Below, in pieces: positions 49,956 to 56,535 of a DNA stretch of 56,535 bases. Under the pieces are notes generated by a model, which made no database searches, was not told where the DNA came from, and saw only the letters and a list, made by a program, of their open reading frames with translations. The stretch lies in contig RECA01000088.1 of the NCBI GenBank assembly GCA_007692435.1, positions 1-56,535 on the forward strand, read 5' to 3'. A program made the position numbers and the translations under genes. Numbering within the stretch: position 1 is the first letter of the stretch; each line of letters opens with the position of its first letter. This DNA is from Thioalkalivibrio sp. (GTDB lineage Bacteria; Pseudomonadota; Gammaproteobacteria; Ectothiorhodospirales; Ectothiorhodospiraceae).

Positions 49956-50872
49956 GCCCGCTCGGCCCCGGCCCCGGCTTCCCGCCCGCCCGCCAGCCCG
50001 AAGGCACCGGGCAACGCGGCCACCAGGAACAGCAGGCCGAAGGCCACCGCCACCGCAACCCCCTCCGCCACGGCCAGGCCGGTGGCGGTCCACAGCAGGG
50101 CCGCGGCGCCCTCGCGCACGCCCCAGCCGGCGACGCTGATCGGCAGCATCATCACCAGCAGTATCGGCGCGATCAGCGGCAGCAGCGTGCCGAGCGGAAC
50201 CTCCACGCCCAGCGCCCGTGCGGTCGCGGCATAGGCGGCGAGATTGGCCGCGGTCACCAGGATCGCGGTGGACAGCTGCACCAGCAGCACGGAGGTGGGC
50301 AGGTAGGCCCGGCGCGCATCGCCACGGAACCGGGCGAAGGCGGTCCGGATCGCCGGCAGCATCGCGCGCAGCACCCAGACGGACAGCGCGACGGTCACCG
50401 CGGCGGCGGCGGCCCAGATCCAGTGGGCATGCACGGCCGGACGCAGGGCGGGGATGGCGGCAAGGGATGCCAGCGCGACGCCCACCATCACCGACTGCAC
50501 GACCACGCGTTCGAGCACGACCGCGTGCACCGCCGTGCGGGTGCGGGCGGTGAGGCGGGCGTGTCGCCAGGCCCGCGACACGTCGCCGAGAATGCCGCCC
50601 GGCAGCAACTGGTTCAGGAAGACGCCGAGGTAGTATTCGCGCAGCGCATGCCGGTAGGACATCCGCATGCCGAGCCGCAGGGCGGTGAAACGCCAGCGCC
50701 AGGCGAGCAGCGCGATCTGGAAGACGAGCGCCGCGATGGCCGGCAGCGCCCAGCGCAGGTCCAGCTGTGCCAGGTGCTTGCCGACCTCCCGCGCGTCGAT
50801 CAACAGGAACAGGACGAGCAGCAGCCCGGCGCTCAGCGCCAGCTGTATCAGGCCCTTGCGCCTCGGGGTCAC
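49904..50872 (-). CDS. Lysylphosphatidylglycerol-synthase-TM / UPF0104 flippase-like membrane protein
   Basis: AWRW, FLNQLLPGGILGDVSR, VVLER, LPISVAGWGVRE; multiple TM segments. GTG start overlaps the upstream stop. Confidence 0.85.
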   Translation of the reverse strand: MTPRRKGLIQLALSAGLLLVLFLLIDAREVGKHLAQLDLRWALPAIAALVFQIALLAWRWRFTALRLGMRMSYRHALREYYLGVFLNQLLPGGILGDVSRAWRHARLTARTRTAVHAVVLERVVVQSVMVGVALASLAAIPALRPAVHAHWIWAAAAAVTVALSVWVLRAMLPAIRTAFARFRGDARRAYLPTSVLLVQLSTAILVTAANLAAYAATARALGVEVPLGTLLPLIAPILLVMMLPISVAGWGVREGAAALLWTATGLAVAEGVAVAVAFGLLFLVAALPGAFGLAGGREAGAGAERAQGSNSRSNRTSSPSEN

Positions 50873-51678
50873 CGTGGTGCATCCGGGAGGGCCAGCAGGT
50901 CGCGGTGACCGACCTGCAGGCGCGTGCGGCCGGAGCGGAGGTCTTCGAGGCGGCGTGCGCCCCAGGCCCGGAGGGTTCCGGCCTGCTCCGGGAAGGCCTC
51001 CTCGGCAGCGTTGATCCATCCGGCGATCAGCTGCCGGGCCAGCGGCAGCGAGCCGGAATCGAGGTGCCAGGGGCTGGGTTCGATCCAGACGCGGTACCCC
51101 GCCTCCCGGAACCGCGTGGCCGCCTCCGTGGTGGCCCGCGGACCCAGTGCGGCCCCAAGCCCCTTGTCGCGTTCCTGGTGGGCATTGACGGCGGCACGCA
51201 CGAAGGCGTCGCCCGGGTCTGGCACGGTCCAGGTGACATCACCATCGTAGCTGAGCACCAGCAGCGCAGCGGCGCCGTGGCCGGCACAGGCCCGCACCAG
51301 TCGGCCCAGCCAGTCCGCGGACACGAGATCGAGCAGGGCCGAGGCGGTGACGAGGTCGGTTCCTGTCGCGGGCAGCTCCCAGTCGCGGAGGTCCGCCTGC
51401 TCTGTCCGCAGACTGAGCCTTCCGGCGGTGGCCGGAGGCCGGACACGACCCAGCAGTTCCGGGTCATGGTCGACCAGCCTCCAGTGCTGCGGCGCCGGCA
51501 GCCGGGGCGCGAGGTAGCGCAGATTGGATCCGGTGCCGGAGCCCAGGTCCACGATCCGCAGCGGCTCCCGACCGCTGCACCACGCTCCCCGCAGGCGCTC
51601 CAGCAGCGGATGCGAACGCGCGGCATGATCGGCGGGCTCGCGCAGGCTGAGCCAGTCGGCCGCGAAGCGCTCGTTCAT
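50869..51678 (-). CDS. Class I SAM-dependent methyltransferase
   Basis: IVDLGSGTGSN, LVDHD, LVTASALLDLVS. Confidence 0.9.
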   Translation of the reverse strand: MNERFAADWLSLREPADHAARSHPLLERLRGAWCSGREPLRIVDLGSGTGSNLRYLAPRLPAPQHWRLVDHDPELLGRVRPPATAGRLSLRTEQADLRDWELPATGTDLVTASALLDLVSADWLGRLVRACAGHGAAALLVLSYDGDVTWTVPDPGDAFVRAAVNAHQERDKGLGAALGPRATTEAATRFREAGYRVWIEPSPWHLDSGSLPLARQLIAGWINAAEEAFPEQAGTLRAWGARRLEDLRSGRTRLQVGHRDLLALPDAPR

Positions 51679-52739
51679 GGTGCCTCCAGTTCCGCCACGG
51701 CGGTGGCGAACTGCCCGGAGACCGCTTCCCAGGAGGGCAGTGCCCTGGCGTGTTCCCAGGCTCCGCGGGCGAGTGTGGCGCGAAGCTCCGGATCATCCAG
51801 CACCTCGGCCAGTGCCTGGGCGAGGGCGTCCATGTCTCCAGGGGCGATCAGGAGGCCGGCGGTTGCGGGGACGGTGGACGGGATCGCGCCCCCCCGCGTC
51901 GCGACGACGGGTAGGCCGTGGGCCATCGCCTCGGTGAAGGCCATCCCGTAACCCTCGTACCAGGAGGGCAGCACGAAGACGTCGGCGCGTCGGTACAGCT
52001 CCCCGAGCGCCTGCTCGGTGCACTCCCCCCGGATCTCCACGACACCAGCGAGGTCCAGGCGCGCAATCTCCGCACGCACGCGATCGGCGAACAGCGGATC
52101 CCGGGCATCGCTCCCGGCCAGGACACAGTGCCAGGACCGGTCCCGCACCTGCGCCAGCGCACGCAGGAGCAGGTCCTGACCCTTGCGCGGCACCAGTGCC
52201 CCCACACACAGCAGGACTGGCGCCGACGCCGTTTCCATTGACGGATGTCGCACCACCGTGCGGTCGATGCCCGGTGTCACGACCCGCATCGGCGGCGCCG
52301 GCTGCAGCCACTGCTGCAACCGTTCGGCGGTATGGGGGCTGGTCGCGACCAGGCCGTGACAGCAGCGCAATGCGGAACGCTCCAGCGCCTCCAGTTCCGC
52401 GGCGCGTTCCGCCGACAGGCCGGTCTCCTCGCACAGGGGGTGGTGGACCAGCCCGAGCAGGGTCAGGCGCCGGCGGTGACGCCCGGCCGGTCCGGGCAGC
52501 CCGCCGAGGGCAAGCCCGTCGATCACCACCGTCGAGCCGTCCGGGAGACCCGAGAGCGTCGCCTCCAGCGCCTGTTCGGCCCCTGTGTCGGGACCGGGAA
52601 AGATGCCCGGAAGGCAGTGGACCACTGGGGGCCTTCCCAGGTCGCGCAGGCCCGCGGCGATCCGTCGGTCGTAGATATACCCGCCGGTACGCTGATCCAG
52701 GCGACCGGGCACCACGAGGTGGAGTGCCGGGTGCGTCAA
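51675..52739 (-). CDS. Glycosyltransferase family 4
   Basis: [27 protein letters not shown] (E-X7-E). TTG start overlaps the upstream stop. Confidence 0.93.
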   Translation of the reverse strand: MTHPALHLVVPGRLDQRTGGYIYDRRIAAGLRDLGRPPVVHCLPGIFPGPDTGAEQALEATLSGLPDGSTVVIDGLALGGLPGPAGRHRRRLTLLGLVHHPLCEETGLSAERAAELEALERSALRCCHGLVATSPHTAERLQQWLQPAPPMRVVTPGIDRTVVRHPSMETASAPVLLCVGALVPRKGQDLLLRALAQVRDRSWHCVLAGSDARDPLFADRVRAEIARLDLAGVVEIRGECTEQALGELYRRADVFVLPSWYEGYGMAFTEAMAHGLPVVATRGGAIPSTVPATAGLLIAPGDMDALAQALAEVLDDPELRATLARGAWEHARALPSWEAVSGQFATAVAELEAP

Positions 52740-53134
52740 AGGGGTCCTTCGTAGGCGGCCCAGGCCACGTGCGACTCGTGCAGGGTCACCCGCAGGGCCG
52801 ACAGCCCGGATGCCGATGGTCCCAGCTTTCCACGCTGGATTGCGTCGGCCAGGAGCGTGTGGATCTCCCGGGCCAGAAACTCGGTCGTGGTGTTGCGGCC
52901 CTCGAATTCGGGGTGATCGTCGAGGTTCTGATAATTCATCGCCGCGAGGATCGCCCCGAGCTGCTGGCTGGCGAGGCCGATGTCGACCACCAGGCCGTCA
53001 TCATCCAGCTGTTCGCGGAGGAAGGTCGCGTCGACGACGTAGGTGGCTCCGTGCAGGCGCTGGGCCGGGCCGAACACCTCCCCGGTGAAGCTGTGGGCAA
53101 TCATGAAGTGGTCGCGGACATTCAGGCTGTACAT
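52736..53134 (-). CDS. Atypical PTPS/QueD (COG0720, T-fold) family protein
   Basis: FMIAHS...[32 protein letters not shown]; AGGAG RBS. Confidence 0.9.
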   Translation of the reverse strand: MYSLNVRDHFMIAHSFTGEVFGPAQRLHGATYVVDATFLREQLDDDGLVVDIGLASQQLGAILAAMNYQNLDDHPEFEGRNTTTEFLAREIHTLLADAIQRGKLGPSASGLSALRVTLHESHVAWAAYEGPL

Positions 53135-53245
53135 GGTGGCTCCTGTGGGCGCAGCTGTGGGGATCGGGAACAGAGTGCATGACCATCGCGCGCGTCCTTC
53201 GTTCCGGTGCCGCCCGCTGCGGCCATGCGGATTCGTTGTGGCACC

Positions 53246-54223
53246 TCAGGGATGCCGGATCCGGTGGCAGAGGGTGGTGCCGGGTGAACGGGTGAGCGCC
53301 TCCAGCACCTCCGGGAGTTCCTCGAAGCGGCTCTCGCCGGTGACGAGGATGTCCAGAACGTCGTCGCACAGGAGCCGAAGCGCGAGTTCCATGCGCCGCC
53401 GGTAGTCCCAGCGGGCCTGCCGGTGCGCCGGGATCCCGCCGACCTGGCTGCTGCGCAGCGTCAGCCTGCGGGCGTGGAAGTCCTCGCCCAGGGGTACCGC
53501 CACCTCGCGGTCGCCGTACCAGCTGAGTTCGAGGATGGTGCCCTCCCGACCGGCGATGCGCAGGGCGTCGGCGAGGCCGGCAGGCTGGCCGCTGGCGTGG
53601 ACGACCAGGTCACTGCCTTCGAGCTCATGCGCGTCTGTCTGGAACCCGAGTTCAAGGGCTGCCGCGACCGCCTCTCGCGCGGGGTTGGGGTCCACGAGTG
53701 TCACGTCCGTGCCGGGTACCTGCCGGCACAGCCAGGCCGTCAGCAGGCCGAGCACGCCGCCGCCGATCACCCCGATCCGGTCCCCGGCCAGCGGCCCGGC
53801 GTCCCAGAAGGCATTCACCGCCGTTTCCATGTTGGCCGCGAGGACCGCGCGCTCGGGCGGCAGTCCGGCGGGGAGGGGGATCGCCGCCGCTTCCGGCACC
53901 CGGTACCGGTCCTGGTGCGGGTACAGGCAGAATACGGGTTCCCCGAGACGGGCCGCGGGACCCTCGACGACCCGGCCGACGCTGATGTAGCCGTACTTCA
54001 CCGGGCCGGGAAATTCGCCCGCCTGAAAGGGTGCGCGCATCGCCTGGTACTGGCTCGGGGGCACGCGGCCGGCGAACACCAGGCTCTCGGTGCCCCGGCT
54101 GATGCCTGAATACATCGTTTCCACCGCGACCTCGCCGGGTTCAGCCGGGGGCAGCGCCTCGGTCCGGATCGCCCCCTTCCCCGGTTCCAGTATCCAGAAG
54201 GCACGGGCAGTGTCCGTCGGCAT
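53246..54223 (-). CDS. MDR-family (zinc-binding alcohol dehydrogenase-like) oxidoreductase
   Basis: SGISRGTE, KYGYISVG, NAD-binding IGGGVLG, ELSWYG. Confidence 0.88.
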   Translation of the reverse strand: MPTDTARAFWILEPGKGAIRTEALPPAEPGEVAVETMYSGISRGTESLVFAGRVPPSQYQAMRAPFQAGEFPGPVKYGYISVGRVVEGPAARLGEPVFCLYPHQDRYRVPEAAAIPLPAGLPPERAVLAANMETAVNAFWDAGPLAGDRIGVIGGGVLGLLTAWLCRQVPGTDVTLVDPNPAREAVAAALELGFQTDAHELEGSDLVVHASGQPAGLADALRIAGREGTILELSWYGDREVAVPLGEDFHARRLTLRSSQVGGIPAHRQARWDYRRRMELALRLLCDDVLDILVTGESRFEELPEVLEALTRSPGTTLCHRIRHP

Positions 54224-54385
54224 ATCGCGGGTCTCTCGCAGGGTCGTGTGGCTGTATGGTAATCACCTGATCCCCGAACGTGCCACAACCAATCGCGTCG
54301 ACCGTGGTCAGAGGGATTTGCAAGTCCGCTGCCAGTGCCACCCGGTGCCGGCATTGATTTGAACCCAGTCCAGCGGAACCAGAAG

Positions 54386-55204
54386 ATGGAAAGATCCTCC
54401 GAATGCGCCCCCTCTTCGAGTGACCGGGAGTCCGGCGCGTCGTCTGCGGCGGGCACCTGGCGGGCTGCGGTTGGGGGCCAGGTCCGCGCCTGGCGCATCG
54501 AGATTCTGCTCGGCCTGGTGCTGGTGATCGCGCTGTCGCTGCCGCTCACGTTGTTTACGGGGCTCGGCGCAGGATATCTGGCAACGGCGCTGCTGCTGTT
54601 CGTCGCGCTGACATCGCTCGTGCTGTTCACTGCACCGGCCGGTTTCCGCACTGAAGGTCCCGGCCCGGCCAATCGGATGACCTTCCTGCGTGCGGCGCTG
54701 GTGGTGCCCGTTGCGGCCCTGGCCTTCCATCCCTCCCTTCAGGAGGCGGCGGTCATCTACGCGCTGCTTGCCGTGGCGGTACTCGCCCTGATCCTGGACG
54801 GCGCCGACGGGGCGCTGGCACGCCGGTCCGGCCGGGTCACGGCCTTCGGGGCCCGCTTCGACATGGAACTCGATGCGCTGCTGATCCTGGTGCTCGCGGT
54901 ACTGGTCTGGCAGACGGGCCAGGTCGGCCCCTGGGTGCTGTTGATCGGACTGATCCGCTATGGCTTCGTCGTGGCGGGCTGGCATTGGCGCTGGCTGCAG
55001 GGAGCGTTACCGCCCAGCCGCCGAAGGCAGACGCTTTGCGTGGTGCAGTCGGTGGCGCTTCTGATTGCACTTGCCCCCCTGGTGCCGTCCGTCCTTGCAG
55101 TGGCGGCATCCCTGGGCGCGCTGGCGCTGCTGGTCTATTCCTTCGCGGTGGACATCGGCTGGCTCTACCGGCACCGGGAGCCGGCCTCGGTCGCAGGCGG
55201 TTGA
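54386..55204 (+). CDS. CDP-alcohol phosphotransferase family membrane protein
   Basis: ANRMTFLR and the complete motif DGADGALAR-x8-G-x3-D-x3-D. Start uncertain. Confidence 0.92.
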   Translation: MERSSECAPSSSDRESGASSAAGTWRAAVGGQVRAWRIEILLGLVLVIALSLPLTLFTGLGAGYLATALLLFVALTSLVLFTAPAGFRTEGPGPANRMTFLRAALVVPVAALAFHPSLQEAAVIYALLAVAVLALILDGADGALARRSGRVTAFGARFDMELDALLILVLAVLVWQTGQVGPWVLLIGLIRYGFVVAGWHWRWLQGALPPSRRRQTLCVVQSVALLIALAPLVPSVLAVAASLGALALLVYSFAVDIGWLYRHREPASVAGG

Positions 55205-55255
55205 CCCCAGGCCGGATCTCCGGCGATCTGGACAGGACACACAACGGAGGCATCC

Positions 55256-55606
55256 ATGCGTGTAGGAGACTGGCGGCCATTCGGCCGTGTACCCGAGATT
55301 TCCGCGGAGGAGCTTCAGAAGGAGCTCGAGAAGGATGCGGTGCAGGTCGTGGATGTACGCACCGGGCCCGAGTTCCGCCGGAGTCGCATTCCCGGGGCAA
55401 GGCATCTGCCGATCACCGCCTTCAGCGGCCACGGGCTGGATTCGCTGGAGCTCGATCGGGACAGGCCGGTGGTGGCGATCTGCCTCACCGCGCACCGCAG
55501 CATTCCAGCAGTCAGGAAGCTGCGTGAGCGCGGTTTTGATGCCCGGCAGCTGCGCGGCGGCATGCGCGCGTGGTGGAAGAGCGACGGGAACTGCACGCAG
55601 GGCTGA
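55256..55606 (+). CDS. Single-domain rhodanese (sulfurtransferase)
   Basis: VVDVR..EF...IPGA, active loop ICLTAHRS, LRGGMRAW; GGAGG RBS. Confidence 0.9.
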   Translation: MRVGDWRPFGRVPEISAEELQKELEKDAVQVVDVRTGPEFRRSRIPGARHLPITAFSGHGLDSLELDRDRPVVAICLTAHRSIPAVRKLRERGFDARQLRGGMRAWWKSDGNCTQG

Positions 55607-55967
55607 GCCGCCCGCGCAGAGCGGTGGGGTTTGCGGGCCTGTGCTACCGCTAGCCGGTCCACCTCCCCATGGCCCGAACTCACTTCTCCTGTACGCGCCT
55701 GCCGGCCCCACCCAAAAGGCGGGCACCTCGGGCTTTGCGGAAAGGGGGCAGTACCGCCTGGCGGCAAAGGTGTGACCCGGGGGTTGCCAGCACGGCGGCT
55801 CTTGGGCTATTCTTTATTTGCACATCATGAAATGCTAATATAGACGAAGGTGCAGGATTCGGGTCTGCCGGATCCGTATCGCGGCAATGTCAGGGGAGGC
55901 CCTGCATCCGGTGCCACGCCCTCCCGGGTGAGCGGTGGGACCGGAGAAGTCAGGTCAGGGGCCTCAC

Positions 55968-56003
55968 TGGGTAGTGCAATAAAAATGGGTAGTGCAATAA
56001 AAA
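55968..56003 (+). repeat. Perfect 18-bp tandem duplication TGGGTAGTGCAATAAAAA x2
   Basis: Read directly at 55968-55985 and 55986-56003. Confidence 0.95.
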
Positions 56004-56039
56004 CAACCTGTTCTGAGCGAATATTACAGGAGAATAACC

Positions 56040-56426
56040 ATGCGCAAGTCTTTGAAAGTGATCGCAGCTTCCGCCCTTGTACTGGCCTTCGCGGCCCCGA
56101 TGCAGTCAAGTGCCCAGTGGTACGGGCCCGGCTACGGCTATGGCCCCGCCTATGGTCCCGGTTATTACGGTCCCGGCTGGGGACGCGGTCCTGGTTGGGG
56201 ACGCGGCTGGGGTGACATGTTCGGTTTCGGTGACATGTTCGGCGATTTCGATTTCTCGATGCGCGGAACCGGTCGCGGCTGGGGCCGCGGGCACGGCTAT
56301 GGCGATGCCTACGGCTACCACCGCCCCTACTACCGCGGCGGCTACTACGGTCCTCGCGGCTACGGCGTCCCCCACTACGGTGGCCCCTGGGGAGTTCAGG
56401 CACCGGAGCAGGATGAGAACGAGTAA
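56040..56426 (+). CDS. Sulfur globule envelope protein (SgpA/SgpB-like)
   Basis: Sec signal (SSA|QW). Gly/Tyr/Pro/Trp-rich mature chain with a GDMFG..DF.SM.G.GRG core resembling Chromatiaceae SgpA/B. AGGAGA RBS. Confidence 0.8.
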   Translation: MRKSLKVIAASALVLAFAAPMQSSAQWYGPGYGYGPAYGPGYYGPGWGRGPGWGRGWGDMFGFGDMFGDFDFSMRGTGRGWGRGHGYGDAYGYHRPYYRGGYYGPRGYGVPHYGGPWGVQAPEQDENE

Positions 56427-56450
56427 GACCGCCAGGATGGCGTGAAGGCA

Positions 56451-56478
56451 GCGGGCCCGGTCCTTGGACCGGGCCCGC
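56451..56478 (+). terminator. Strong hairpin after the sgp gene
   Basis: GCGGGCCCGGTC-cttg-GACCGGGCCCGC, a perfect stem with no U-tract. Confidence 0.6.
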
Positions 56479-56535
56479 AGCGGTTCAGGGGCCTTTCGCA
56501 ACCGTGGGCCGCCGCCGGTGCCCCGTTCGCCATGG

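Noticed and set aside
49152-53134. Annotating the cluster as canonical riboflavin (ribD) or queuosine (queD) biosynthesis
   Set aside because: There is no deaminase domain, no ribBA/ribE/ribH or queCEF neighbours, and the QueD catalytic motif is absent.
54260-54290. Sigma54 promoter (TGGCACG on the minus strand) upstream of the dehydrogenase operon
   Set aside because: No TTGC -12 element at the required spacing.
55968-56003. CRISPR-like repeat
   Set aside because: Only two adjacent 18-bp copies, with no spacer and no cas genes.
55960-56010. Possible c-di-GMP-II riboswitch (GTAGTGCAA)
   Set aside because: It lacks the following CC and a nearby complementary GCAC pseudoknot segment. Kept only as a generic structured leader.

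Overview
A GC-rich gammaproteobacterial chromosome segment. The gene content and a sulfur-globule protein suggest a sulfur-oxidising Chromatiales/Ectothiorhodospiraceae member, plausibly Thioalkalivibrio (inference). Most of the window is core genome: the ppnN 3' end, tmRNA, purL, LMW-PTP, rne, rluC-HAD-sppA, csiV-mfd, aguAB, lolC/E-lolD, comEC, mtnA-gyrA-serC-serA-pheA-hisC-tyrA-aroA-cmk-rpsA-ihfB-lapB-pyrF, comEA and galU. Four non-core regions stand out. (1) A decayed mobile-element scar at the tmRNA 3' end, with an IHF site and fragments of a helicase and a BrnT-like toxin. (2) A three-gene signalling module between rne and rluC: a degenerate FlhG/MinD-like ATPase, an HDOD-GAF-pseudokinase, and an intact REC-PAS-GGDEF-EAL enzyme. 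(3) A nine-gene orphan biosynthetic cluster: FkbM methyltransferase, creatininase-like amidohydrolase, RibD reductase, flippase-like membrane protein, SAM methyltransferase, GT4, atypical PTPS/QueD, MDR dehydrogenase and CDP-alcohol phosphotransferase. It may build a glycosylated, lipid-linked pterin/pyrimidine derivative and is the best candidate for an uncharacterised system. (4) A rhodanese plus a sulfur-globule protein gene with a long structured leader. All family calls come from motif recognition by eye; no searches were run.
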